Made by a program: the position numbers and the translations under genes. Below, one piece after another: positions 35,601 through 50,018 of a stretch of DNA of 64,000 nucleotides. Numbering within the stretch: the first letter of the stretch is position 1; each line of letters starts with the position of its first letter. The notes under the pieces were generated by a model. That model worked only from the letters and a program-made list of their open reading frames with translations, was not told the DNA's origin and made no database searches. Source of the stretch: Sphagnum compactum (Eukaryota); contig OZ234493.1 of assembly GCA_965153455.1 (NCBI GenBank), forward strand, positions 2,356,001 to 2,420,000, read 5' to 3'.

Positions 35601-38600
35601 CTCCCATTCTACATGTCACAATTTCATAGAAGATCATTACCATCTCCCACCTAGGTGAATCATTTTAATGTTTTTTGGGGTTGTCGTTGAACTTTTAAAA
35701 TGTAAACAAATGTTTCAAGCTTTCATATTTTGTCATTGGTTGACTTGAAACATGAAAATAACATACAAATTGGGTTTCTTATGCCTATCCTTTCTATCCA
35801 TGCCCACATATACATGCTAAAATCATCCATTGACTAAGAATGCGAAGTAAATTGCTTTTCATTTTTCTAATGAATGTTGTTACTTTTAAAATAAATCATA
35901 CCCTTAAGTCAACCAAGGGTATCAATCAAAGCCATTTTCCTACCACAATGCTTGCACAACCCATCAAGCTTGGGGCACAACAATTTGTTGCACCTTTCAA
36001 TGTGGTTACAAACCTTGCATCTCATTTGTGAAACTTTATCATTTGAATTCACCACTAATTTCACCCAAGGGAAGTTCAAATCATGTCCTAAAGGGTTTCA
36101 TTAACCTCATATAATTTTTTCAAGTCACAAATTATTCTACCTAGGAATGATCATGAAAGGGAGGTGAAGCTTTAGCAATATTTACAATGGTAAAGGTGTA
36201 GTTAAACATTACAACATGTGGAGGAGTGGATGACCCAAAGATCAAGTACCACTTGAAGTTGGAAGGTGTGATAAGTGGTGCCATAATGGAAAAAAACACA
36301 ACACTTCAAAGAGGATTGGAAGCAAACGTAAGCACAAAGACATTACCATAAAGCACAATGATGATGACTAAAAGTTCCCAAGTTTCAACTTATAAAAGCA
36401 CAACAAATTTTCATGGGTCTTCAAATAGATCATGGGACACAACTTTAAGAAAGTGTGAAGTTCGAATTGAGAAATAAAAGTGCAAATAGTAAACCTTTTG
36501 TTGGGTTCAAGCTACAACACAATTGGAATTGTGAGTTTTGTTGTGAGTTGTGATGCAAGAATATAAGGTTGTAAATTTTTGCATTCAATGACAAGATTAG
36601 ATGATACCAACCAACTTTGCCTTAGGCATCATTTTGAAATCCTCAAATCCAACCATTGTTTATATTTCATGTTTCAATTAATCAATAATTTAAGTTGGTG
36701 TTGATTTTTTTGAATCTACTTATAAATCAAGATTCATAATATATCATGAAAACATATAACTAAGTTTGAAATCAGTTTGATGAATAAAAAATACATTAAA
36801 ATATTTTTGAAAAAAGATTAATTAATGTATTTATTGTTTTAAAAACTTGAAAAAAATTTTAAATGACATATTCTTATAATTAAAAAAGAACCTTAATATA
36901 ATAATATAATGTATTTTTAAAAATTCCAATTTTTTCAAGAATGTTTGAAAATAAATAGTCATTTAAAGGGGCATATTTGGTTCATTATATTGTGTTTAGA
37001 TCCCTCATGAACCTTTGAGGGCTTTAGGATTGAAATGCACACATCATGCATACACTAAACCTTCATAAATTAATTCCTTTTTTTTATCTTTTAGAATCCA
37101 TGAAACATGAAATGCAACCACTTCACATACAAATTCAAACCTTTAGTTGTTCATAAATTTTAAGGAAAAAATATCCTTGAATGCTACCACTAAAAATGTC
37201 ACACATTCATTTTATTAAACCTAGATTTAAACTTTATGAAACATCTACATAAAATATTTTCAATAGATTTTTTATGAGAGTACATTTACTAGGTTGTATT
37301 AAAATTTCCAAATTGTATCAAGAATATTTTGTATTTTGATGTTCCCAATCAATCTATTTAAAAAATGTTTGAAGATTGTGATGACGTTTCCTTTCCTTGA
37401 ACTTATTGGTTAAAAATGCTTGAATTTGAAACATGTTTTGATTTTTTCTCAAGGAATTTCTAAGGTACCTTTCATGATATTCCATTTTATTATTTTGAAT
37501 GTAATTAATTGAATAAGTATAATTTAATTATGAAATTTCAAAGTTTAGGAGGTGATTATTCAAGGGGTCATGACAATTTTGAATATAAATTTGTAATGAA
37601 TTTCATTTTTATTTTCCAATAAAAAAAGATCATATACTTACACATGCAATAGATAAACATGATTTTAAAATAACAATTATGAATAAAATTAAAGGAAAAA
37701 GCTTACTTGAATATTGTTTAATCAATTTTGGTTAATAGGGTGTATTATGAAAGTTCAACAGGCAAAAATATTTTGGGTGGTACTACTAGAATTTTAGAAT
37801 AGTTTTTCCTAATGAACTTTCGTAACTCAATAAATTGTTATAGGTGTGATTGTTAAGTGACCAACACAAGACTTGAAGAAGGAAGTGGCAAGGAAGAACA
37901 TAAAGGAGACTGAGGATGGAAAATCATGATAGATGAAAGGGGAGGTGATGGCTTCCCCTAACCAAAGGTTGGGATGAGAAATGACTATTGTATTATGGCA
38001 AGGTGATGGGTGGTGGTAAGAAAACCTTGTGTGTTGTCTTTCAAGGCAACAATTCAGCAATGCCTACCTCCTTTGAACAACGAAAGTATCGTTTTTTTTC
38101 CCATTCTTGAGGCTACCCATTTACATCACCTTTATAAAGGTTGCCACTTGATGAAAAATCACTAATATAAAAAAATGTTGATTGTGATTCATAAAACATT
38201 GTCTAATAATATAATGTTCATGGAAAAAATAAAATGGAAGCTTGTTGAACTTGACCTTTTGCAAACATTGGGAGAGCCTTTGTCTCTTTCATAGTTAATG
38301 CATATTTGTTTGAAACCTTGACATGAACAAAAGTGAAAATATCTCATGGGTTTGATCAAAACCTCAAACTTCTTTTCTCCATTGCAAAATGTGATAACTA
38401 AGTGTTTAGGCATGACCACACATTTCAAGCAAATAATGATGCACGAATGTGGGTGTTTTCTTGTGTGAATAAAAATTGTCAAGTCATTGAGCAAGTTTGC
38501 CAATAATTTCTTAACAACTTTTTCTAGGAAAATCAAAACAAAAGTTACCATATTTCTTGGAGCCTTTTATGTTCCATAACAAAAAAATTCATCGAATGAA

Positions 38601-38709
38601 ATAACAAGTTCCCCCTATCCAAGATGCATATAAATTTTAACAATTTCACCAAAATTTCCCATTTTTATTCTTAAGCAAAGAAACAAGTGTTTATATATTT
38701 ATTATTTTC

Positions 38710-38960
38710 CCCCCAATGTTGTGATCTAGTTGAAATGGTGATCATCCATAATATGACATAGCCAAATTTGGTGATAAAAAATATGAAATTTTTAAAAAGA
38801 TAGTATCCTTCTATGTTTTTGGCTACCTACTAGAACTTATGATAGAATGTGACGATTAAAAAAAGTCAGAATTTGGCAATAAAAAACCCAAAAAACACTT
38901 ACTTTTTGCCATTTTGGAAAACAAATTCATCATTTGGCAAACATTCACACAAAAAAAAAG
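38710..38960 (+). mobile_element. Copy of the TAGCCAAATTTGG-core MITE-like family
   Basis: Colinear with the copies at 28215 and 48705; it preserves the uninterrupted site GGCTACCTACTAGAACTTAT. Confidence 0.6.
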
Positions 38961-40929
38961 AAGCTCTCAATGACGTTGACAACTAGATTGGAATTCATTG
39001 GACATTAATTGAAACTTAGTATTAGGCTTGTAAAAACATAGCATAAATTTGATAAAACTATGGGATAACAAAACATAAGGTCCAATGTAAATGAATAAGA
39101 GAAGGTTGGAACCATAAAAACCATATCAACATTTAATAAACACGAGTGCATTTACATTATTTGATTATTTTATAATTATGTGGTGATTTATTATTGACCT
39201 AAATTAATATTGAAATATGGATATATAGTCTTATACAAATGGATTATGAATAAGATAACTTGCAAGAGTGCGTATGTTATTGTGAATAGTTGAGATGCGC
39301 GAGCAACAAGATTATTCATGGAAATCAATGTGTTGAAAATGGTTATCAAACATCGCCTATGATGTAGAGATTTGAGAGTGATGTTGTGACCTTTTTGTCG
39401 ATGGTTGAAAAATCTTGTCACCAACTTGTAGATGGATGAAAAACATGTAACCCGCCTTTCAATGGATGAAAACTCATTATCTATGTCCATTTGAACGAAA
39501 TATCCAAGAAAAATAAAATCCCAAAAAGGTTGTGCATCATGAATGATGGGAGGAAGACTAATCAAAAAGTTTGGGAACCTTTAAACTAGAGGTTATATGA
39601 TTTTTTTCATGTGTTGATTAATCCTACTATCCATGAATTGAACACCTTCACCTTATTCCAAAAGTAAAATCGAGTTAGAACTTTTGATTTGTGAAAAATG
39701 AAAAGTAACAATGTAATTTGTTGCTTCTATCAAATCGATGATTTGATTTTGAGTAATCAAATGGAATACAAAATATTAACACAACAATTGAAATGCCACA
39801 AACTAGTGATTTCTCATTTTATAATGGCTTAAAAAGTTGTGTGTCACAAGATCAATAATTTTTTTATCACTCCTCCGTTACATTAGCCTCCTTAACATTT
39901 AAGGCACAAAAAATGTATGTCTTAAAACAAGTCAAAAAAATTGTTGAATGCATCTTGTTCATTGATGCCTTTTTAATCAATGATAGTGCTTTTGGTTGCC
40001 CATTAGGTTTCCAATGATTTTCAAAACCCTTCTTCTTCACCCAAGAAAATGCACAATTTGTTAATTCGTTATCAAAGGCCACCAATTTGAGGTGGCCACA
40101 AAACTCCATACAAACATTTAACTCATACATGCCATTGGTCAAAAATGGAATTGGGGGGTGGGTGTGTTGGTTGGAAAGAATTAAGGGGATGGTGAGCAAC
40201 CAAGATTATGCCTCAATCCAATCAACACCATTTTTTCCTTTGATTACTTGTGGAAAATATACTCATAAAATCTTTCTTTTTCCATTTGGAACCAAAAAAA
40301 AGAAACAATTTATCTTTTATCTTTTATCTAACATTGATTATTATAATAACAATAGTAATCTTCAATCATTTATTTTCAATATATTGAAAATACATTGTAT
40401 CAATGCATTATGTCACCATGCATTATTAGTGCAAGCATCATGCTATGCTATCATTGTGAATCCCATGGTACATATGTAGTGCATATGCAAGGGTGGAATT
40501 TTTTTAAACATTGCATCAACAAAAAAATGTTACATTTGCAACTACCACATTTGCAAGTTCATGGTTAATATCAAGTAGTTGCTAATGTAACAAAAAAATA
40601 TTTATAGACTATTGACACGTGTTCAACAATACATTGAAACACAATTAAATGTATAGCCACTTTTCCACTATTGACAAATATATGGCTACATATAAAAACA
40701 TGATGCTTAGTTTATATTTTCCCATTAATTTTCAACTATAGTCAATTGATATTTGCCATGAGTTTTTATTTATACATCAAATTTTGCTAAAAACAACTCC
40801 ATGTCTAGATATAGCAAGGGTAGGATAATTTTCAAAATATATGGATAAGAGGCTATTGTGTTTTCGAGTTTATGGTTAAGGTAGGGTAGCCATTAATGTA
40901 CCCCAAAAATATACCAATACACTAATGAT

Positions 40930-41210
40930 TAGCGTTTTTCTTTTTGGTGAAATTTCGTCAAAATGTCAAAAAAAATAATTAAAGGAATATTTTGTTACAA
41001 ATTCTTTAAATTTTTGAAAAAAATTGCCAAAAAAATAGAGGTTTGAACTAATTTCGTCAAATTTAAAAGCCCTCCTCATGTGGGTCACCAAATCAAAGAA
41101 CAAATACAAAAACATTTTATTGCCTTGCTTGTCTTATTGCCATTTAAAATTAAATCCTTCTTGGGATGCTAGCCAATGGTGCTACATGAAAAAATTGAAA
41201 AAAACATTAT
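40930..41210 (+). mobile_element. Short non-autonomous element of the same family as 54556-54829
   Basis: 3' end TCTTGGGATGCTAGCCAATGGTGCTACATGAAAAAATTGAAAAAAACA resembles TCTTGGGACGCTGGCCATTGCTCCTACACTACAAATT..AAAAAACACT. Confidence 0.55.
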
Positions 41211-44200
41211 TGCTACTGATACGTTGTTGTAACAATGCATTAAAACCTAATTTAATGTATCTCCACTTTCCACACATAACAAATAGATGGTTGTGTATGA
41301 AAATTTGATAATTGGTTTAAATTTCTCATCATTTTTCAATCTAACTAGTTGATAATTGCCATTTTATTTTTCATATATAATAAGTATTTTGTTATCCTTT
41401 CAATTAAGATTAGATTTGTAGATTAAGGTGTCAAGTCACATTTTTGAATTTGGTGCAAATCATGTTCCATAAGTTTCAAATGAAACCACAATATAATCAT
41501 ATGCACTCATTTCCTTACTATTTGTTTAAGATCAATGGTTTGGCTTGCCAAGATGATTTGGAAAAATTGGATTGGATTTAGATAACATTCTTAGAATCAT
41601 GATTTATAAATCAGCATAATATTCTTACAACCCAAAATTATGTTGTACTATATTATAATGAAAAAGTATTTTAAAAATATTTCTTATAAATATGTCATTT
41701 TCAAATCTTTTTAAATCTTTTTTTAGAAGTCCATTAAATACAAAAACATTGGTTACATTATTGTAAAAGTTTTAATTGGGTATTTTATACTCAGTAGACT
41801 CAATTCAAATTTATTAAAATGCTCCCGTAATATATTGAAAACATTGTTGTAAAAGTGCACCAAACATTTCCAACGTTAACTTGACTTATCATTTTAAAAC
41901 CTTTAAAATTAAACCATGGTTACACCTTCCTTAGGTCTTAAAAATGCGATCGAACCCCTTCCTCTTCACAAGTTGTTCATGCATTATTCCAAATGTTTTT
42001 TGAAGCAATTTTTGTCATTCCATGATTTTATATATTTAACTTAAGGTAGGCAATTTTATGTGTTGAACTCGATAGTTGTGTTAGGCTAGATTTTTTTTGA
42101 TACATCGTGAATTCATAACTTGGTGTTTACTAGAAGAACCTTTAAAAGGATTGTAGACAAACATTACATAAAATATTTGTGTCAAGATAAGTTTGATTTC
42201 TACAACAAATCATAACTTAGGATTATCATTTTATTGCCATTTGCAACTTTAATAACTCTTCTTCAATGTGTAACAACTTCTTCAATGTTTCCAATATAAG
42301 GTTTTTGCCATGTTCTTTAATGTATTGCAACATCATTTTCATTTTTTTTGTTGGTCTCTTGATGGCCAAATATGTTATAGTGCAATACAAAATGGACATG
42401 ATACAAAAGATCTTATATTTTCTTATGAACAAATTTTTGAACTTTCATAGTAACTTTTACTATTATGTAGATGCTTCGGTAGCCTCATGTTTGTATCTAA
42501 CAATATTGGTCTTGGGGTGGAAACACAAGCAATTAGACACAAAAGTCATCCCTAACAATTGCACTTTCATGCTATCATATTTTGGACACATAAATGCAAG
42601 AAAGTAAAGTCAAAACTCCTTCAAATCTTATTGTCAAACCAACATGCCTCCACTAAATTTTAATGTATGTTATATATTATGTTCCAGTAAGTTTAGTATA
42701 ATAAAAGTAGGTAACAAGTATTTTAAAAACTAATTGGTGAATATGGTGTTCAAAAAAAATTCTACATTAGAAGTTTGATGTATTTTGATTGTATGATGTT
42801 CCACTATGACATGTTTATAGGAAGATGCAACACACATCTAATTTTAGATTTTATCAAATTTTGGGATGGTATGGTGTCAGATAGTTACATCCACTTCTCT
42901 TCTTCATTTCAACTTTTTAAATAATGGTATTTATGTTTTGTTTTTAAATTTTTTATACATGAATTGTGTTGCACCAACAATTACATAATTAATAATAAAA
43001 AATTAAACATTATATTAAACTAGAATTGCACATGATATTTGAAATGTCTACTTTCATTTATATTGTATTAGTGTTTCATTCCATGCAACTATAGTGTCAC
43101 ATTTATCTTCATAGCATATTGCTTTAAAAGTGGAAAACAATTTATTAGTATATCAATCTAACTAACCATCTATGTATTACTTTATCAAACTTTAATGTTT
43201 TGGGCTCATTCAAGATTGGGCTATGACTTTAAAAAATAAAGACTTTTAGAATTTTTTTCATTGTCCACCAAAGAAAAATTTACAGATGAAAAATTAAATC
43301 CAAAAAGTTAAATAGCTAAAATGAAAATTATTGTATGGTGGTCATGATTTTTCACATTCATATATTGTTATACATTAATACTTTGGTTCAAAACTAAAAT
43401 GCAAAACATGCTTAAAATACGTTTCTATATACAACATGATTCTTTTGCCTGATTATTTATTGCAAATATGACTTGCACTTAGGGCTACAAATTCCAAGCT
43501 TGCCATGAGTAAAAGTCCCTTTTTAGCAACCATAAATAATGAATTATGTTAAACTACTTAGCATGTGGTTTATAATTTAATAAAATGCATCCAATAAACA
43601 TTGTTAAAAATCAATGTAAGAACTATTTATCCATTAAAATTTTGAAAAAACATTTCGTTACTTAATGCATTCCCTTTTATTCCTTTTTTAAAAACTAAAG
43701 TTTTAACAAATGATACATTCATTTAAATGAACTTTAAATGAAATTTATACAATATTCAATTTATTATGGAATCGTTAAAATTAATTTAACATGACATTGT
43801 TATATTTTGAGCATAAAAAAATGCATTCTAATTATAATGCAATTTCAATATTTTAAGAATCCAAATTGGGTTATGCATTCATTTCCAGTATAGTTATTTT
43901 GTGAACCCCAATTGTGAATAAACCATTTTAGTGCATCACATGAAATGGGTGTTGGTTGTTCTATAAATGATATATCCAAGATGTTAAACAATGAACCCAT
44001 TACTGAATACATCAAGATTGATGGCAAGGTGGTGATTGTCACATACCACGATTTCATTGAAATTGATAAATTGTTAGATGGGTGTGCAAAAAGAAAAAAA
44101 ACATATTGTAAATGTTGCAAAGGTTATTTTCAATTGTAATTATTACATGTTTTCAACAATAAGATTAGGCTAAATTTTATCATTGTGCAATCCAAGATTG

Positions 44201-47200
44201 CAACAAGGCCTTGGATGATGTGGCCAACCAAGTTATGTGTTCCACCCATTCCAATGTGGGCTTCCAAACCAAGTAAAAAAAAGTGTAGTTTGTTGTAAGA
44301 GACAACAATGTGTTTGAATAATTTGGAAAATGAAAAAAACTTGGTCTTGTAAGACCCCTACCCCTCCCCCTCAAAGTTGTGCCATCAACAAGCAACCAAG
44401 GCACAAACTCAAACACACATTTTGCAAAAGAAAGATGAAACGTTAAGAGAACTAAATAGCCTAAATAGGTTACATGAATACTTCCACCTTAAAACCGAAG
44501 GGTATGAAGTCCAATCTTGTGGATATTGTTCCCTCTCCACATACAAGTCCTCAAAGGAGTTGTTACTATCATCCCTCCTTCACCTCTTGAGCTGAATACC
44601 AATATCATGCCTCTTCATGCTCCATTTGGTTGAATTGTTTGGAAGTTTGTGACTTTTGTAAAAGATGTTCTTCAACACGTCGAATATTAATCTTGAATCC
44701 TTTTCAATAACAACAAATGAAATTGCAAAACCTCTTCCCTATTTAATAAATGTGCAATCCATTTAACCCACCTTACCACCTTCCCACCAAGAAATTCAAC
44801 CCATTATAAGTGAAAATGTGATTGAAAAAACATGGCCCTTCGTAACTAGACAACTAGGGGGTTTTGAAGTTAAAGATTGTGCACATGAGACCAAAGGCAT
44901 ACAAGGCCTTGAAGTGAAGGTGATAGGATATCACTTTTGAAGAGATGTTTCTTTTGATAAGGTGGAATTGAATGTTGTAAAAGGTTGAAAAAGTTAAATG
45001 TATATAGACCTCAAAAACCACCAATTGATTTCTACACATGGTTGATGAAAGAATGAGCCTTATCAACTAGGAATGGAAACTTTGATCCTCAACCCAAGTT
45101 ATTAATGCATTCCTCCACTTTTTGATTTCAAGACCAACCTTCAAACAATCATTGGGTATTATTCTGTGTTAGGTTGGTTAGGTTATGTTTCATCCCATAC
45201 TTTCATTGTCTTTATAACTTTAATTTCAATTTATCAACCCATGGCTTTGTAATGTTTCAAACTTCTATAATAATCTCATAATGGGTAGTTGTAGAATACA
45301 ATGTTTCTATATGGATTGTCATTGTGCCATCTATTTAATCATTTCAACATGATTTTAAACTCTTATTGGATATCACAAAAGGGGATTCATTTATGTGGAA
45401 TTAACACATGGAGTCTTTCACCAATGAAAAAATTGTAACAATATAATGAATGGTCAATTTTAGATGGATTGTCATAGCCCATTTAAATTGAACAAAAACT
45501 TTTATTTCACAATATATTTGTACAATGTTTTTACTTTGGGACATAACACTATGAAGGTTGATAATATAGGTTTTACAAAGTCCATTTTGATATTAAGATT
45601 TTTTGAAAGTAAATTTAATAATAAAAAAGGAGTTTAAAATGGTGGTCCAAACTCAAATACAAAAAAATATCTTAATTTTTTAACATCATTTGAATCAATT
45701 TGAAAGATGAACCAATTCATTGGGCCTAAAATATATTCTAAATACAAAGGATGTGGACTTTAAAAATGAATCATGAAATGCCACTTTTGGTTCAAACTTC
45801 ACCTTAATGTGTTTTTATTTTAATATTGCACTAAATGTTTCTCTCACATGGGACCATCGCAATGTATCACATATCTTTTAATAATACCTATTATTAACCA
45901 AGATTCCATTGTATTAATGGTTTATTACAATCGAATGTTAAATAAACATTTTGTTTAATTATCCCCTATCATAATCACAATGTTTTTTTTGTGTTTGATA
46001 ATTTTAATGTATTTTATACATATCAATAGGTGAGTGGGATATGGAAATTTATAATTTTAATGCAAAAATGTACTATTAAATAACTTTGAGATTGGAACTC
46101 TGAGTAAATATTACAAAGTAAAACCAGGTAATTTATATTCTAGAACTTCCAAACATGGGTTTTATTGCTATCAAAATCAATTGGTTTTTACATTGATAAA
46201 TATTCACAACCTTTATAATCTAAATGTTTTTCTAGTTCAAATTAATATTGCAAAGATTCAAAACCAAAATTTTATAGCGTTCAAAGAAATCTATGCACTA
46301 ACTTGAAAACATCCAAAACAAAATTTCTGAAAAAAGAAAAATATTTCTTTCCATAGGAAGTCTTCATTTGAAAAATGATGATAACACAAAAAAAAATTTA
46401 TTGCAATCTAATATTATGATAATTTTTAAGATCTAAGCATAAAATTTTAAAGGGCATCTGAAAAATTGAAAAAATCAAAGTTTAAATATTTGATGAAGTG
46501 TGGTGCCATCCATCTTGAAATCTAATGAAGTAGATCCGGTAAACGCAATATTGGCTACACGGTTTACCAATCCTTTAGTGACATTTTCAAGAGGTCACCG
46601 TCCTTAAAAAATTATCTATTATCTATTATCAATTTTAATTTTAATATAATACTAGTTATTTCGATAATCCAATGGTTGTTGAAGGTTCAAAAATTCCAAA
46701 ATTCAAAAGTTTTCCTCTTTTAACAATCTACCAATTTATTAATATGTACCTTTAAAATGTGGATGTTATGGTTGGAGTTCAAAACACTATAACCATCTAT
46801 GTATCCCCTTATCATATATGCACTGTGGTACCTAATGAAAGATTTAATGGATGTAGCCTAGTCAATCAAACTAAAGGAGTTGTTCTCTTACCTTTCTAAT
46901 CTTATTAACATGTCTTGAAAACATTTGAGGACAATGTGGTGTAGTTTGACATGGAGTTGATTTTTAAACACACAATGATCTTGTCGATTGCACAACTTGT
47001 TTAAGAGAAGAACAATGCCCAACAAATTGAAAAAGTCATGTGGGACGAGAACCCAAATTGGTAAATACTATCTACCAATCATGACATCATGCCAAAAGAT
47101 GTTGACAATTCCTTGGTGCCACAATAATAAATCTAACATTAGGTTCCATCATTTTGTAATAAATGATCTTTTAGGTATTACATGTATGTTTATGAATGTA

Positions 47201-48844
47201 TTACATGCCCATTACTAATTATTTATGTTGCTTATCAATGTAGAGGAAAGTATTGTGAAAAGATTGTTGGTTGGGTTACATACCCCCAAAATCTAATTGG
47301 CAATGATTCTCATTTTCATTGCCACCAAGCATCATTCATTTTTGCCACTTTGTTCATTGTTGACAACTCACACTAAGGAAGTTGTCATTCATTGTGATTG
47401 TCGAAATCCAATGTTTAGTGACATGGGAGAATTGTCACCAACCAACGTCACTAAAGTCAAAGAGGGAAACACAATGGTGGGGAAAGAGTGGGGGACATGG
47501 AGAAAAAGAGAGAAGGAAAAAAAGGAAGAAAATGAAAGATGATGTTATAACAAATGGGGGCTATTGCTGATAATAGACTCTCATTTTTGGATAAATCCTC
47601 CCCTCAACAAACATCAATTGTACCCTCCTTTTTCCTTGTTTTGTAGCCCTTAACATGCAAGAAATTACACAAATGCCCACCCAACACACACAAAACACCC
47701 AACAAGTAACACAAAAAAAATGCAATAAACTACAACAAATGTAAAAGAAAAGATCATTGGGAATGTTTATAAACTAGAGTTACCAATGAACCATAATTAT
47801 AATTGGGTGCATCATGGGCATGGATGTTGGGCCTAGTCAAGGATGACTGACATGTAAAAACCTAGCCCTATGTTGAGTCATACCATGTCATCACACATAT
47901 ACTTGCACATATGTGATATCAAATTAATCTTATCATGAACATATACCCAATACATTAATGTAGTTGATACCGTATTTCATAATAACAAAATAACCCATAG
48001 ATATCAAAGTGGAGAAATAGTTTTCACATGTTATGAGCCTTGTTTCACCCATTTCAAATTTTTGTGTAAGGTAGAATGCCCATTGCAAGCACTTGTAATT
48101 AAGATGTGGTGACCATTTTATGCTCGAAAGTTTTTTATTCATTTGCCAATACAATAGACACAAAACAAATCTCATGCTTGACCTTGTTTTTAATAATATA
48201 GTTCAAAAATGATTTCAACATGATTTTAATAGTACCACTTTTAATCACATTTTCATCAAGTACAGGAAGAAGTTTGAAATAATGTCATCCTTATCTTATA
48301 TAAGTTTCCTTTATTTTGGTCCCTTTTGTTTTCCCTTGGAGGCTTTACTTGTTTATAATTTGATTCATTAGGATTAATCCACAACACAATGAAAGGAATA
48401 AATTTATTAAAATGGATATTGTCTCCCCTTGTATTTCAATTATCCACCAAGTACTTATGTCCATAGTTCTAATTGAAACTCAAAGGTGATGATCTCATAC
48501 TTTCTAAAATTTATGTGCAAATCTAAAATTTATAATTGTCCAATATTTCAACTTATAAGTAAGATGATTATTTTCATGAGTTTCAATACCATCTTTCAAA
48601 GACATAATGTGTACCAAATTTGGGTACATGTAGTGTGCTTATATGTGGTCTACATTTTGTCCTATGTTTCCTTTGGCCAAAGTGAACCAATAATGAAAAC
48701 CTAGGGGGTTTTTTTTTTTTCCCCACTTTGTGATGTGGGTGAAATGGCAATTATCTATAACATGATTTAGCCAAATTTGGCTACATATTAGATATGAAAG
48801 TAGAAACAAACTAGAATCCTTCTCTCTTATTGGCTACCTATTAA

Positions 48845-50018
48845 TGTGACCGAAGAGTAGGTCACCCCAATAGTGTGAACACAACAAATTTTTAGGGTTT
48901 TGTTTTTGTTTTATTGTTTTCATTAGCCTCACCTTTTTGCATTCTTGCGGCGAGAATGTGTCCATCACTGCTACAAGGAATGCATGGGTAGGCTATTTTG
49001 TTTGTTTGTGTGTTATGGAGGACAGGAGTTGTGCCGCGCGATGGATGGTGGAGGAAACAACTGCATTGAATAAGGTTTGCAAAATGGACGGAGGAAGGTA
49101 AGCATAAGAAGCAGTATGAAGGAGAACTGTGGGGGGTTCTTTTTGGTATGCAATTTTTTGGTTGTTGTAGCTTTCAGACTATTTAGCTAGTTGTTGATGA
49201 ATTCCGCTGCGCCAATGACTTAGTAGAGTAGTTGTGTAGATCACTATAAAAATAGATATGAGGGGTTGAAGCCGAGGAATGATGAAGAACTGAGGGGTCC
49301 GAACCATAGAACTAAAAGGCATACTGAAGACAAGGAGCATTTGGGGATAGGGAGTTTGTGTTGCAGTACCTTAGATCTATGTTGTAGGTAGCTAACAGAG
49401 TGAGTGCTAGAAACCTCAAGGGGTATCCTTAGGGTGGGTAGAATGAGTAAACCAGATCAAGAGTGAAGAAGAGACTTGAAGGGAGAAATATGTCGTGCAT
49501 TCTTGCATAAGAAATATGTCCCATTGAGTGGTTCTAGACGAGCCTGGTCCTACTGCTCAAAGTCAGGTTCTTCAGAAGCATTTAGATTCAAGGGTCTCTA
49601 GGTTGTTAGGTTTTCAGATAAGAGGAGTGGAAGTACACTGCATTGTTGCATTCAGTGGGGAATTGGTTAGCGGCTCAAATGGATAGAGTGAACCTTGAGA
49701 GTTCTAACCTCAAAGGCCATACCTCGATAGAATCTTGATTTTTGATGATATGCATTGGAGTTGGGTAGCTAATGGTTCATAACCATTTAAGTGGATGTAT
49801 GCTGGAAATTCAAACATCTATAATAGATCTGCCAATTAGAAGTTGCAAGAGGTGGATCTGTTAAAACCAGTGAATGTCAATAGAAGCCATCTTTGATACT
49901 AATACAACAAAATTCAAGAAGTGTTATTTTATGTAGAGCGCCAAAGATTCCAATTCTGTTTAGACCTATTGTATGTTGTCAGGTCGTTCTTTTTATCTTC
50001 CACTTTCTTTTGGTTATA
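48845..50018. mobile_element. 1174-bp solo-LTR-like insertion nested in a MITE-like repeat
   Basis: The host repeat is split at ...GGCTACCTA | CTAAAACTTATC... The insert begins TGTGACCGAAG and ends TTTTGGTTATA, the expected inverted CTTCGGTCACA with only C>T changes. Flanks are TTAA and CTAA; the insert appears less AT-rich than its surroundings. Confidence 0.7.
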
